Of a DNA stretch of 64,000 nucleotides, positions 49,501 through 58,794 are shown piece after piece. A program made the translations under genes and the position numbers. The notes below the pieces were generated by a model. It was not told the DNA's origin, ran no database searches, and saw nothing but the letters and a program-made list of their open reading frames with translations. Numbering within the stretch: the stretch's first letter is position 1; every line of letters starts with the position of its first letter. Source of the stretch: Spongiibacteraceae bacterium (GTDB taxonomy: Bacteria; Pseudomonadota; Gammaproteobacteria; Pseudomonadales; CAMLJR01); the NCBI GenBank assembly GCA_047602265.1, contig JASGHU010000001.1:3465702-3529701 (forward strand), given 5' to 3'.

Positions 49501-49985
49501 AGTTGAAACCGGATCTGATTTTGCTCGATATCGTCATGGGCGGCATGACGGGTATCGAAGTCACACAGCGTCTGCGTCAGGCGGGATCGCTATCGAGCAT
49601 CATCGTGGTCAGCGCCAATGCGTTTCAGAGTCATCGACACGAAGCGACTCAAGCCGGCTGCGATAATTTCGTGCCCAAGCCGATTCAAATCGACGAATTG
49701 CTCCGTAAAATAAAGCTGCACCTGAGTCTCGACTGGGTTTATGCCGGCGAAGAACTCCCCGTGAACGAAGTGGTGGAAAATACGCCGATGCAAATTCCGC
49801 CCGCGCATTATTTGAGCGAGCTGGCCGAATTTGCGCGCATCGGCGATTTGCGCGGCCTGGCTGACAGACTGCATACGCTCGCCGAGAAAGAGCCGGGGTA
49901 CATCGCGTTTGTATCGCACCTGCAAACGCTATCGCGCGAATTTCGCCTCGCCGACATCAAGCGCCTGCTCAATCACAAGCACTGA
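46548..49985 (+). CDS. Hybrid sensor histidine kinase with N-terminal NCS1 (cytosine/purine permease)-like 12-TM domain, Cys-rich insert, HisKA-HATPase, receiver and C-terminal helical domain
   Basis: 1145 aa. The permease-like N-terminus includes LEDYALRFAPRSFRKWS and LLTRGAGFGYIGS. There are 9 Cys in 38 aa (CCICGNRFEREDNAYCPVYQGTICSLCCTLDARCRDAC). H-box MSHEIRTPLNSILGY, G-boxes, and REC (LILLDIVMGGMTG). The start may be the ATG at 46599. Confidence 0.85.
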   Translation: MCQTHHSHLQHNQNGTTMGEYRPQRVFNIRRDYNSWVANETLEDYALRFAPRSFRKWSAFRVANTAFGSISFLVLEAIGGSLTITYGFENACWAILAVGLVIFLTGFPIAYYAAKYNIDMDLLTRGAGFGYIGSTLTSLIYASFTFTLFALEASIMSLALQLYLNIPLWIAHLISAVVVIPLVTYGITNINRLQLWTQPLWLLLLALPYGAVLLKEGSALPELLSFRGNSDEHSAFSWLSFGAATTVAFAMIAQIGEQVDFLRFLPEKTRENRAQWWSAVIIAGPGWIVFGILRQLGGAFLAYLAIKYGVNAMHAHEPTQMFLMAFRYLTEPFKNSAAIAITLTVLLVVISQIKINVTNAYAGSLAWSNFFSRLTHSHPGRVVWLVFNVAIALLLMELGLFNALERVLGLFSNVAIAWIGALVADLVINKPLRLSPSYIEFKRAYLPDINPVGVFSTLLASLISIAAYLGLFGEMAQAFSAFIALCIAFISAPILAIVTRGKFYLARDRNLWPDGAQPTDKCCICGNRFEREDNAYCPVYQGTICSLCCTLDARCRDACKPQSRLEDQLQYLANLILPKRFSPQLKLRLLQFFLLYLLLAGLTIIFVGVIYYQDILAISAGEHYYSTLLINNFIKIYSCLTIFLGLGTWWLILNNESRQVAQEESNRQTLLLIKEIEEHRKTDAKLQQAKEAADRANLAKSRFLTDMSHEIRTPLNSILGYAQIMRKDTSIPEHRREAIGIMQNSGEHLSRLIEDILDIARIEARKFDLKRAPIDFPSFIEHMVRMFKPQAESKGLAFRCQVLYQLPRYIRGDEHRLGQILINLLSNAIKFTDSGEVVLHIEYSGQVAVFSIIDSGRGIPEDKRDDIFQPFRRLSNPNGNAVAGNGLGLTISKILTEIMGGELSIRSNEPHGTIFTVRLFMPELHNIAIAQDEGEIVAYRGQRRSVLIADDQAEQRNLLKSVLAPLGFELHEASSGEQCFELALQLKPDLILLDIVMGGMTGIEVTQRLRQAGSLSSIIVVSANAFQSHRHEATQAGCDNFVPKPIQIDELLRKIKLHLSLDWVYAGEELPVNEVVENTPMQIPPAHYLSELAEFARIGDLRGLADRLHTLAEKEPGYIAFVSHLQTLSREFRLADIKRLLNHKH

Positions 49986-50057
49986 TCAATTACAAAGACT
50001 CATCAATCACAAACACTAACAATATGAACGATGCATATTTAATTCTGGGACCTTGCC

Positions 50058-50999
50058 ATGATGACAGAGGACACATTTTCCAACTCAACGCCGGCTAACC
50101 AAAATGCCAACAGCGGCACCGTCATGATTGTCGACGATACCCCGGCAAATCTTGCCGTTCTTTCCGATGCACTGGTGGAGTCGGGTTATCGTGTGCTCGT
50201 GGCAACCGATGGCTACTCGGCGCTGGAGCAATTAAATTTCATCCGCCCCGATGTGATTTTGCTCGACGGCATGATGCCGGGCATCGATGGTTTCGAAACC
50301 TGTCATCGCATCAAACAGCGCGAAGAAACGCGCAACATTCCGATTCTATTTATGACCGCGCTCGGCGATATCGATAATTTGCTGCGCGGCTTCAGCGAAG
50401 GTGCGATCGACTACATCGTCAAACCCTTTCGCAACGAAGAAGTGCTGGCACGCGTCGGCGCCCACGTTTCGCGTGGACGCTTGATGCAGCGCGCAGAACA
50501 AGCCCTCAGCGAAAGCGGTATGAATGCCTTGGCGATCGATCCGCGCGGTGCGATCACCTGGATTACTGATAATGCGGTGAAGTTGCTCGATGCGTTTCCG
50601 GAGTTTTCACAATCGCGCGCACTACCGCCTGCATTGATCGATCTGGCACTGAGCTGTGCCACTCAATGCGATGACAGCAGCGCCGGAAAATTCGACTTTA
50701 AAAACCTATCGGTAAAAATCGCGCCGTGCTTCGACCGCACCGAGTTTCTTTTATTGCTGCAAAAAAGCGGCGAGGATTGGGATCTCGATGCCGTGCGCAA
50801 CGAGCTGGGACTCACCGCACGGGAAGCAGAAATTTTAATGTGGATTTCGCGCGGAAAAACCAATCGCGATATCGGCACCATTCTCGATTCAAGCCCGCGT
50901 ACGGTGAATAAACATCTCGAACATATTTTCGAAAAGCTAGGCGTCACCACGCGCAGCGCAGCGGTTTCCAAAGCGTTGCAGCGCGTGAAAGAGGGATAA
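50058..50999 (+). CDS. Response regulator: receiver + uncharacterised middle region + LuxR-type HTH
   Basis: 313 aa. REC (VMIVDDTPANL...VILLDGMMPGIDG...K) and a C-terminal LTAREAEILMWISRGKTNRDIGTILDSSPRTVNKHLEHIFEKLGV. Confidence 0.85.
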   Translation: MMTEDTFSNSTPANQNANSGTVMIVDDTPANLAVLSDALVESGYRVLVATDGYSALEQLNFIRPDVILLDGMMPGIDGFETCHRIKQREETRNIPILFMTALGDIDNLLRGFSEGAIDYIVKPFRNEEVLARVGAHVSRGRLMQRAEQALSESGMNALAIDPRGAITWITDNAVKLLDAFPEFSQSRALPPALIDLALSCATQCDDSSAGKFDFKNLSVKIAPCFDRTEFLLLLQKSGEDWDLDAVRNELGLTAREAEILMWISRGKTNRDIGTILDSSPRTVNKHLEHIFEKLGVTTRSAAVSKALQRVKEG

Positions 51000-51037
51000 A
51001 GAAAAACAGTTTCAACACCGCGCAAACTCCGCACGAG

Positions 51038-53236
51038 TTACGACGCCAATTCTTCGCTGCGAATCGGCAAATTGCGCACTCGTTTGCCAGTCGCTGCGGC
51101 GATCGCATTCGCGAGTGCCGGTGCCAGCGGCGGCACACCGGGTTCGCCGATACCAGTCGGTTTTTCCGACGAAGAAACCAGATGCACTTCCACCGTCGGC
51201 ATTTCATTGATGCGAATCGGCGCGTAATCATGAAAATTCGATTGCTCGACGACGCCTTCTTTCAGCGTAATTGCGCCGTGCAACGCGGCCGACAAAGCGA
51301 ATCCAACTCCGCCTTCGATTTGCGCACGCACGTTGTCGGGATTGATAACGGTGCCGCAATCGACCGCACAGACGACGCGATCGACTTTCAAACTACCATC
51401 GCTCGCCACGGTGACTTCCACCACCTGCGCGACGAAACTTTTGAACGATTCGTGCACGGCAACACCACGACCGCGTCGCTCGCCATTCGCAGATTTTGCG
51501 AGCGGTTTATTCCAATCGGATTTTTCAGCGGCGAGGTTCAATACGGCACGATGACGCGGATGCGCTTTGAGCAAATCCAAACGAAATGCGACCGGATCTT
51601 TACCCACCGTCGTCGCAATTTCGTCGATAAAGGTTTCGGTGGAAAACGCGGTGTGTGTCGAACCGACCGAGCGCCACCACAACACCGGCACGCCGATATT
51701 ATCGGGCGAGTGCAAATCGACCAGCATGTTCGGAATCGCGTACGGCAAATTCGCGGCGCCTTCGACCGAGGTTTCGTCGATGCCATTTTTAATCAGCGCG
51801 GTGAGCGCCGAACCTGCAATGATCGATTGCCCGACCAGGCGATGCCGCCAGCCAGTTAAATTACCGTTGCTATCCAGCGCGGCTTCGAGAGCGTGATGAA
51901 ATGCGGGGCGATAATAGCCGCCTTTGGTATCGTCCTCTCGCAACCAAACCAATTTGATGGGAGCGCGTCCATCGATGGCTTTCGCAATATTAACCGCCTC
52001 AACAATATAGTCCGCGTCTTTGCAAGCGCGGCGGCCAAAGCTGCCACCCGCATAGAGCATATTGAGAATAACCTGCTCGGGTTTTAAACCAAGCAATTTA
52101 GCGACCGCATATTGATCGCCCGTTTGCATTTGCTCGCCATTCCAAATTTCGCAACGATCCTTGCTCAATTGCACGACGCAATTCATCGGTTCCATCGGCG
52201 CGTGCGCGAGATACGGAAAATCGTATTTCGCACTCAACACGCGCGCAGGTTTTTCAAATGCTGAATCCGCATCGCCTTCCTTACGTGCAACAAGACCCGG
52301 TGTCTGCGCGAGTTTGTGATACTGCGCGAAAATTTCCTCGCTGCCGAGTTTGAAGGCGTTGCTTTCGTCCCATTCGACGCTGAGTGCATCGCGGCCTTTT
52401 TTCGCGCTCCAGGTATCTTTCGCGAGCACGGCAACGCCGCTCGGAATTTTTACGACATCGACAACGCCTTTGATTTTTTTAGCCGACGTCGCATCGAACG
52501 ATTTCACCGTGGCGCCGAAGCGCGGCGGATGTGCGACCACCGCAGTCAACATGCCAGGCAGATGGACATCCTGCGTGAATCGTGCCTTGCCCGTGGTTTT
52601 ATCGACGCTGTCTTTGCGCGGCGCATGCTTGCCGATGAGTTTGAAATCTTTCGGATCTTTTAATTTCACATCGGCGGGAACCGGCAACGTCGCCGCCTTC
52701 GCCGCTAATTCACCGAAGGTAGCACTGCGCTTTGACGATGCATGTGTCACCACGCCATCGCTCACGCTAATTTCCGTTGCGGGCACACGCCATTGCTGTG
52801 CAGCCGCAGAGACGAGCATTGCGCGTGCGGTGGCGCCAGCTTTGCGCATCTGCTCCCACGAATTCGCCATCGCGGTGCTGCCGCCGGTAAGCTGCGCGCC
52901 GATTTGTAAATTCGCATAACGTTTGACGTCGGCCGGCGCACCTTCGATAAGTACTTGCGTCCATGCAGCATCGAGTTCATCGGCAGCGATCGTCGCCAAG
53001 CCGGTAAATGTGCCCTGCCCCATCTCCAAATGTTTGGAGATCACCGTGACGGTGTTGTCGGTGCCGATGCGCAAAAACGCATTTGGCTCGAATACCGTGG
53101 CTGCCGACGCAGTGCCACCGCTTACCGCTGCCTTGACCGCGCCCGGCAAACATACCGCGATGGTTAGACCTGCAAAGCCTTTTAAAAAATTGCGGCGACT
53201 TTGATTTTCAATGTCGATGTCGATTTTGCTATTCAT
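51038..53236 (-). CDS. Molybdopterin-binding large subunit of an IorB/aldehyde-oxidoreductase-type enzyme
   Basis: 732 aa. Tat signal [16 protein letters not shown] and xanthine-dehydrogenase-family a/b hammerhead and MoCo-binding regions. Confidence 0.88.
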   Translation of the reverse strand: MNSKIDIDIENQSRRNFLKGFAGLTIAVCLPGAVKAAVSGGTASAATVFEPNAFLRIGTDNTVTVISKHLEMGQGTFTGLATIAADELDAAWTQVLIEGAPADVKRYANLQIGAQLTGGSTAMANSWEQMRKAGATARAMLVSAAAQQWRVPATEISVSDGVVTHASSKRSATFGELAAKAATLPVPADVKLKDPKDFKLIGKHAPRKDSVDKTTGKARFTQDVHLPGMLTAVVAHPPRFGATVKSFDATSAKKIKGVVDVVKIPSGVAVLAKDTWSAKKGRDALSVEWDESNAFKLGSEEIFAQYHKLAQTPGLVARKEGDADSAFEKPARVLSAKYDFPYLAHAPMEPMNCVVQLSKDRCEIWNGEQMQTGDQYAVAKLLGLKPEQVILNMLYAGGSFGRRACKDADYIVEAVNIAKAIDGRAPIKLVWLREDDTKGGYYRPAFHHALEAALDSNGNLTGWRHRLVGQSIIAGSALTALIKNGIDETSVEGAANLPYAIPNMLVDLHSPDNIGVPVLWWRSVGSTHTAFSTETFIDEIATTVGKDPVAFRLDLLKAHPRHRAVLNLAAEKSDWNKPLAKSANGERRGRGVAVHESFKSFVAQVVEVTVASDGSLKVDRVVCAVDCGTVINPDNVRAQIEGGVGFALSAALHGAITLKEGVVEQSNFHDYAPIRINEMPTVEVHLVSSSEKPTGIGEPGVPPLAPALANAIAAATGKRVRNLPIRSEELAS

Positions 53237-53248
53237 GATGCGATCTCC

Positions 53249-53707
53249 CTAGGCCAGTGCTTTGGCAGCAGCGTGAATAGCGGCGCGAATGCGCACATAC
53301 GTCGCACAGCGGCAAATATTTCCCGACATTGCGCCATCGATGTCGGCATCACTCGGTTTGGGATTGCTCTGCAATAACGCGACCGCACTCATGATCTGCC
53401 CCGACTGACAATAACCGCATTGCACGACATCCATTTCCTGCCAGGTTTTTTGCACGACCTGAGCAACACGTTCGCGACTGACACCTTCGATAGTCGTGAT
53501 TTTTTTACCGACCGCTATAGACACCGGCGTCACGCACGAACGCATCGGCTGTCCATCCAAATGCACCGTGCACGCACCGCACAACGCCATGCCACAACCG
53601 AATTTCGTTCCTGTCAGTTGCAACGAATCGCGCAACACCCACAGCAGCGGCGTGTCGTCTTCAACAGCGACGGGCATATCCTTGTCATTTACGTTGAGTG
53701 TCAGCAT
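53249..53707 (-). CDS. [2Fe-2S]-binding small subunit (IorA/CoxS-type)
   Basis: 152 aa from the ATG at 53707 ([10 protein letters not shown]...). Cys clusters [12 protein letters not shown] and CGYCQSG...CRC are present. The longer track ORF is an upstream read-through. Confidence 0.88.
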   Translation of the reverse strand: MLTLNVNDKDMPVAVEDDTPLLWVLRDSLQLTGTKFGCGMALCGACTVHLDGQPMRSCVTPVSIAVGKKITTIEGVSRERVAQVVQKTWQEMDVVQCGYCQSGQIMSAVALLQSNPKPSDADIDGAMSGNICRCATYVRIRAAIHAAAKALA

Positions 53708-53880
53708 GGCAACTCCGATTTGAGGTGGAACGGGTGGGCCCCATTGTCGAAATAAGCGCACGCAAAGCGATAGCCTATTTCTTCCGGCTTTTAGCCTAAT
53801 TCTCCGAAGACTCGGACAAATCGCTGTCTCTGCAGTACGATTAACGCTGTTCGATTTAAAGATCGGCGAGATAAATAACC

Positions 53881-54816
53881 ATGATACGAGAGCGATGGGA
53901 AATGGCTCGCGCGCAATTGGCCAACAGTATTGCGCGCCAAATCGAGCCCGAGACCAGCCCGTTTGTAACACCGATTAAAACGCTGACGCTGTATCGGCAA
54001 ACCGCTGCGTCCGAGGCGATTCGCTGTATTTACGAGCCGGGTATTGCCATCGTCGCGCAAGGTGCCAAGCGCGTGTTGCTCGGCGATGAAACACACACCT
54101 ACGGCACTGGCCACTTCTGCATTTCATCGGTAAATTTGCCGACGATTGCCGAGGTGGTCGAGGCAAGCTCCACCAAACCGTATCTCGCGATGTGGCTCGC
54201 GCTCGATCCGCAAATGATCAGCGAACTTATTGTCGAAGGCGGTTTGCGCCCGCCGCAATCGAAGCCGACAACGCGCGGACTCGTGCTTGGCGCTGCGACG
54301 CTGCCGCTGCTCAATGCATTTCAACATCTCATCGATCTACTCGATGAGCCCGAATCGATTGCCGTACTCGCGCCGCTGTTTCAACGCGAAATCGTCTATC
54401 GCGTGTTGATGAGCGGTTACGGTTCGCACCTCTGGCAAATCGCGACCTTGGGTAGCCAAAGCCAGCGCATCGCGCGCGCAATCGACTGGCTCAAACTTAA
54501 TTTCATGAAGCCGCTGCATGTCGATGAACTCGCGGCTTCGGTGCAAATGAGTACATCGACATTCCACCATCATTTTCGCGCGGTAACGGCGATGAGCCCG
54601 CTGCAATATCAAAAATGGCTGCGGCTGCACGAAGCGCGCAAATTGATGCTGAACGAGCTGCTCGATGCATCGACTGCGGCGTTTCGCGTCGGCTACGAAA
54701 GCGCATCGCAATTCGGCCGCGAATATCTGCGCCTGTTCGGCGCGCCGCCGATGCGCGACGTAATGACATTGCGTCAAACACTCACTGTCGATACGCCGCC
54801 TTTGCGAAAATACTGA
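53881..54816 (+). CDS. AraC-family transcriptional regulator (AraC_N-type N-terminal domain)
   Basis: 311 aa. C-terminal dual HTH ([34 protein letters not shown]...ASQFGREY). Confidence 0.85.
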   Translation: MIRERWEMARAQLANSIARQIEPETSPFVTPIKTLTLYRQTAASEAIRCIYEPGIAIVAQGAKRVLLGDETHTYGTGHFCISSVNLPTIAEVVEASSTKPYLAMWLALDPQMISELIVEGGLRPPQSKPTTRGLVLGAATLPLLNAFQHLIDLLDEPESIAVLAPLFQREIVYRVLMSGYGSHLWQIATLGSQSQRIARAIDWLKLNFMKPLHVDELAASVQMSTSTFHHHFRAVTAMSPLQYQKWLRLHEARKLMLNELLDASTAAFRVGYESASQFGREYLRLFGAPPMRDVMTLRQTLTVDTPPLRKY

Positions 54817-54833
54817 ACAACAGGAGATCGCGA

Positions 54834-56144
54834 TTGATTTTTGACAAGAACGAACAATCCACCGCCGATGATAGGCGCTGGTTTACCGGCGATATTTTCG
54901 GCCTTGAAATTCCGGCCGATGCCGAGACGTTGATCGCCGGCGGCACCGATTTTCTCACTAATGCCTTTCATAAATCCGGCGCGCTCGCGCCCGATAATCG
55001 CGTCAGTCGCATCGTTGAGTCCAAAGAGTTTTTCGGCGGCGGCACGGGCAAAAAATTATTGCTGACCGTGGCGTACGAATTTCCCGGGTCGAATTTACCC
55101 GAACAGCTATTTATAAAATTTTCGCGAAATTTCGATAATGAATTGTGGGATCGTGCACGCTTCATGATGATTTCAGAAGCGAATTTCGCGGTACTTTCCC
55201 GCTCGCCGGATTTCCCCGTTACCGTGCCGCTGTGCCTGTTCGCAGACGTTGAATCAGAATCCGCAACCGGCCTGATTATTACCGAGTGCATAACCTATGG
55301 ACGCAATGGTGTAGAACCGCTCTACCCCAAATGTATGGACTACAACGTACCCGCTCCCGTCGAGCACTACGCAACCATTCTGAAAGGGCTGGCGCGATTA
55401 TCGGGAGCACATCGCAGCGGAAAACTGTTATCCGACTTCGATAAAAAATTTCCTTACGACCGCGAGCGTTCGGCGGCCATCTTTGCTATTCGCACGCCGG
55501 AAGATAAATTGATACAACGCGCGAATCGAATGTTCGATTTTATCGAGCGTTGCCCTCAGTTATTTCCGGAAAGCGTGCGCACACCGGAGTTTCGTCAGCA
55601 ATTTCTCGACGATATTCCTGCGGTAGTTGCCGCAGAAGCACGGATTAGAGAAGTGCTTTTCGGCAACGATGATTTCATCGCCTTCGCACACTGGAATGCG
55701 AATATCGATAATTGCTGGTTCTGGCGCGATGCAGACAGCACATTGCAGTGCGGCTTTATGGATTGGGCCAACGCTGGACAAATCAGCGTTGCGCAATCCG
55801 TCAGTGGCGCAATCAGCGGTGCCGAACCATTTATCTGGAACGAACATCTCGACGAACTACTGGCAATATTCATCGAAGAATATGCAGCTCAAGGCGGACC
55901 GCGCCTCGATCTTGAAGAGCTGAAACTGCATATTTTATTGATCGTCGCAGTTTCGGGCGTCGCCTATGCCATGGGCGCACCCGTCGCTATCGAACGCGAT
56001 ATTCCCAACCTTGATGCTGTCGCAAGTTATCGCGACGATTGTTTTCGCGAACACGAGAATGCGCGTATTCAACTGCACATGATGACGAAGATGCTCAATG
56101 TGTGGGAGACAAGAAAATTGGGTGATGTGATTCGCAAGCTCTAG
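54834..56144 (+). CDS. Hypothetical protein with aminoglycoside/choline-kinase-like (phosphotransferase) fold features
   Basis: About 436 aa. TTG start 8 nt after an AGGAG SD. Has a LFIKFSR (beta3-Lys-like) segment, a catalytic-loop-like FAHWNANIDNCWF and GFMDWANAG. The function call is weak. Confidence 0.45.
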   Translation: MIFDKNEQSTADDRRWFTGDIFGLEIPADAETLIAGGTDFLTNAFHKSGALAPDNRVSRIVESKEFFGGGTGKKLLLTVAYEFPGSNLPEQLFIKFSRNFDNELWDRARFMMISEANFAVLSRSPDFPVTVPLCLFADVESESATGLIITECITYGRNGVEPLYPKCMDYNVPAPVEHYATILKGLARLSGAHRSGKLLSDFDKKFPYDRERSAAIFAIRTPEDKLIQRANRMFDFIERCPQLFPESVRTPEFRQQFLDDIPAVVAAEARIREVLFGNDDFIAFAHWNANIDNCWFWRDADSTLQCGFMDWANAGQISVAQSVSGAISGAEPFIWNEHLDELLAIFIEEYAAQGGPRLDLEELKLHILLIVAVSGVAYAMGAPVAIERDIPNLDAVASYRDDCFREHENARIQLHMMTKMLNVWETRKLGDVIRKL

Positions 56145-56181
56145 ATAAATCAGGATCGATAAACGTGAAGCGACCGTGCAG

Positions 56182-56622
56182 TTATCCACGGCCGGTTTTA
56201 GCTTTATTAACAACCTTCTTTTTCGCAGGCTCCAATGCACCGCTAGAAGCCGCGCGTAGCAATCGCTGAAAGGTTGGACATTCAAAATGATCTTTTGCCG
56301 GACAAACCGCCGCGTGTCGCAGTCCATTGCTCATGGCTTTCAGCTCAGCGATGCGCCGATCGATTTCATCCGCTTTTGCGTTGAGCATCGGTCGATTGAT
56401 TTTCGGCTTGGCATCGGTTCCGAACATCGACACGATTTCATCGAGCGAAAATCCCGCCGCTCGCCCTAGGGCGATCAAGGCGAGCCGCTCCAGTACGACA
56501 GGATGAAATACCCGTCTCAATCCTTGCCGCCCCGTCGAGGCGATCAAACCTTTTTCTTCATAAAACCGCAATGTCGACGCGGGAACTCCAGCACGTTTCG
56601 CAACCTCGGCGATATCCATCAA
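56182..56622 (-). CDS. MerR-family transcriptional regulator
   Basis: 146 aa. N-terminal HTH MDIAEVAKRAGVPASTLRFYEEKGLI and C-terminal Cys residues (AAVCPAKDHFECPTF). Confidence 0.85.
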   Translation of the reverse strand: MMDIAEVAKRAGVPASTLRFYEEKGLIASTGRQGLRRVFHPVVLERLALIALGRAAGFSLDEIVSMFGTDAKPKINRPMLNAKADEIDRRIAELKAMSNGLRHAAVCPAKDHFECPTFQRLLRAASSGALEPAKKKVVNKAKTGRG

Positions 56623-56628
56623 AACCCC

Positions 56629-56659
56629 TTGACCTCAAGTTGACTTTAAGTCGTACAGT
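56629..56659 (+). promoter_or_regulatory. MerR-type promoter with 19-bp spacer
   Basis: TTGACC-19 nt (tcaagttgactttaagtcg)-TACAGT. The spacer contains the dyad GACTTtAAGTC. It faces the DUF2938-like gene. Confidence 0.55.
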
Positions 56660-56702
56660 GATCTCAACGGCATATCAAGTCAACTTTCGAGAGGTGAGGA
56701 AC

Positions 56703-57194
56703 ATGAATAACTGGGAGGAGATCGCAGCGAGCACTGCACTTATCGGGATCGGTGCAACTGCTGTCATGGATGCGTGGCTTGTATTGTTAAAGAAGCTGAA
56801 TATTCCGACGCTCAATTTTGCGTTGCTTGGGCGCTGGATTGGCCATGTCTTGCGTGGCCAATGGTTTCATCAAGGCATGGCGAAATCTGCGCCGATTCGA
56901 CATGAGTTGGCGATCGGCTGGTTGGCGCACTATGGCATCGGCACTGGCTTTGGCGCCTTGCACATCGCGCTATTTGGTGTCGAATGGTTGATCAACCCAA
57001 CGTTTGCCCCCGCGATCACCACCGGTATTGCGACCGTCGCCGCGCCTCTTTTCATCATGCAACCCGCTATGGGTTCCGGCATCGCATCAGTAAAAACTCC
57101 GACGCCCATCCGCAATTGCATTAAAAGCTTAATCAATCACAGCGTATTCGGTTGTGGAATCTATTTAACGGGCGTGCTTGTGCACGGGGTATAG
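56703..57194 (+). CDS. Small polytopic membrane protein (DUF2938-like)
   Basis: 163 aa from the ATG at 56703 (MNNWEEIAAS...), with four hydrophobic segments. The DUF assignment is from memory of the family, not a search. Confidence 0.55.
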   Translation: MNNWEEIAASTALIGIGATAVMDAWLVLLKKLNIPTLNFALLGRWIGHVLRGQWFHQGMAKSAPIRHELAIGWLAHYGIGTGFGALHIALFGVEWLINPTFAPAITTGIATVAAPLFIMQPAMGSGIASVKTPTPIRNCIKSLINHSVFGCGIYLTGVLVHGV

Positions 57195-57274
57195 GAATTT
57201 TCTGGCATCGGCTGTGATGAAAAAGATCTCAACCACCTTGTATCACGCATCAACCTGAAACAAAGGAAACAAAC

Positions 57275-57499
57275 ATGTTCGCAAAAAAATACGAGCCGTT
57301 ATTATTCGGACTCTTACTCTCCGGAGTAATGTCGTTACTGGTATCTGGCATATCGACACTGCGCGCACTGGGTATGCGCGGCGATTTTATAAGTGTATGG
57401 ATCGGCGCGTGGTTAGCTGCCTGGATAATTGCGTTTCCTGCGGTGCTAGTGGCGGCACCGCTGACGCGACGCATCGTGCAACGATTGATCCGGCAGTGA
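57275..57499 (+). CDS. Small two-TM membrane protein (DUF2798-like)
   Basis: 74 aa. MFAKKYEPLLFGLLLSGVMSLLVSGIST... with two hydrophobic helices. Confidence 0.5.
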   Translation: MFAKKYEPLLFGLLLSGVMSLLVSGISTLRALGMRGDFISVWIGAWLAAWIIAFPAVLVAAPLTRRIVQRLIRQ

Positions 57500-57522
57500 A
57501 AAAGCGCATACCACATAAAGCT

Positions 57523-57559
57523 CAGAAAAATAAATCGGGGCAGAAATACTTCTGCCCCG
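57523..57559 (-). terminator. Rho-independent terminator of the porin gene
   Basis: On the minus strand: CGGGGCAGAA-gtat-TTCTGCCCCG followed by ATTTATTTTTCTG. Confidence 0.75.
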
Positions 57560-57564
57560 TTCAA

Positions 57565-58794
57565 TCAGAACTGCAATTGCACACCCAAAATGATTCCATT
57601 GGTATCGGAATCATTTGCGCTTTTATCAACCTCCGTATCGAAATACGTCAGACTGACTTTCGCATTCGGACCGGCGATGATGTAGTTCACGCCGATATCG
57701 TAACGCGTAATTTCCGTATCATCAGCGGGCAAATCCGTTTCGAATTTCTGATAGCGCGCGTAAGGCTGGAATTTACCCATACCGACTTGCATCGGGAATA
57801 AATACGCTACGCTCGCCAGATAAGCATCACCCTGTGTAATACCACCCGAATTTGGGCCATAAAATTCGTAAGGCACATCGGCGACATCATCGGTATCGTA
57901 GCTGTAGTAAGCGCCTTCGAGGGTCAAAGAGCCGGATCCTGTGTCCTTCGTTTCGTAGAGCACATCGATGTTATATGCGGTGTAATCACCTTTCGTTGCT
58001 GCAGTACCAACCGCATCCGATTGCTCCTGGAAGGTCAGACCAATCGTAAAAATATTGAAACCACCGTAGTACGTCGTGCCTTCGTAATACGCGGGGGCAG
58101 GCTCTGCATCCATCAAATTAATGGCGAGGCGGCCCGCGTACAATAAATTATCGGACTCGCTCGAAGCACCCGCGTAATTGTTGTGGCCCTCGAACGCGCC
58201 AATGGAATACAGCAACATATCGTTCGCCACTTTACCCCACGCCATCAAACCATCATCGCGACCGACTGCATATTGCGGATATTGCGACACCACGCCCGGG
58301 TAATCCCACGCCATCGCATAGAACGGTCCTGCCAAATTCGCGCGATCGCTCGGCGGCAACATGCGGCCCATCCACACATTGAACTCTTTCGATGGCTCGA
58401 ACTGCGCGATGGCATCCATGATCTGCATCGAGTTATCGCTTTTCTTGTTGGCGTTGAATGTGCCTTTGATGTATTTATTCAAACTGCCGCTGACATATAA
58501 ACGAAGATCTTCCAGATCGAAATCTTTCGAGCGGCCATCGCCATCCGGCGCCGCATCTTCGATGCTCGCAAAATGTGTACGCACACCAAAGCCAACGCTC
58601 ACCGATTGATCCGGACCAAAATTAATGGTGCCGCCTGCGTGCGCCACCGACGGTAAGAAAACGGCACTCGCAATTGCCGCACTAACAACGCGCTGCTTAA
58701 AGTTGCGAGACAATAAGCTCTGGCACTGATTAACAGAGCGCGAAGCACTCACTAAACGAAAAGTATTTATTGAAGGAAAAGTCACTTGTAGCAT
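57565..58794 (-). CDS. Outer-membrane porin (beta-barrel, specificity unknown)
   Basis: Ends GVQLQF and has a Tyr/Gly-rich alternating pattern with signal peptide ...AIASAVFLPSVAHA. The start is uncertain: ATG 58794, TTG 58713 (which gives a canonical 26-aa signal), or the track start 58908. Confidence 0.7.
   Translation of the reverse strand: MLQVTFPSINTFRLVSASRSVNQCQSLLSRNFKQRVVSAAIASAVFLPSVAHAGGTINFGPDQSVSVGFGVRTHFASIEDAAPDGDGRSKDFDLEDLRLYVSGSLNKYIKGTFNANKKSDNSMQIMDAIAQFEPSKEFNVWMGRMLPPSDRANLAGPFYAMAWDYPGVVSQYPQYAVGRDDGLMAWGKVANDMLLYSIGAFEGHNNYAGASSESDNLLYAGRLAINLMDAEPAPAYYEGTTYYGGFNIFTIGLTFQEQSDAVGTAATKGDYTAYNIDVLYETKDTGSGSLTLEGAYYSYDTDDVADVPYEFYGPNSGGITQGDAYLASVAYLFPMQVGMGKFQPYARYQKFETDLPADDTEITRYDIGVNYIIAGPNAKVSLTYFDTEVDKSANDSDTNGIILGVQLQF

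Noticed and set aside
53708-53971. 88-codon upstream extension of the 2Fe-2S subunit ORF (and the similar 26591-26758 extension of the TIM-barrel ORF)
   Set aside because: The extensions have no family resemblance. The conserved ferredoxin fold starts at MLTLNV, and the TIM-barrel extension would overlap the divergent regulator gene.
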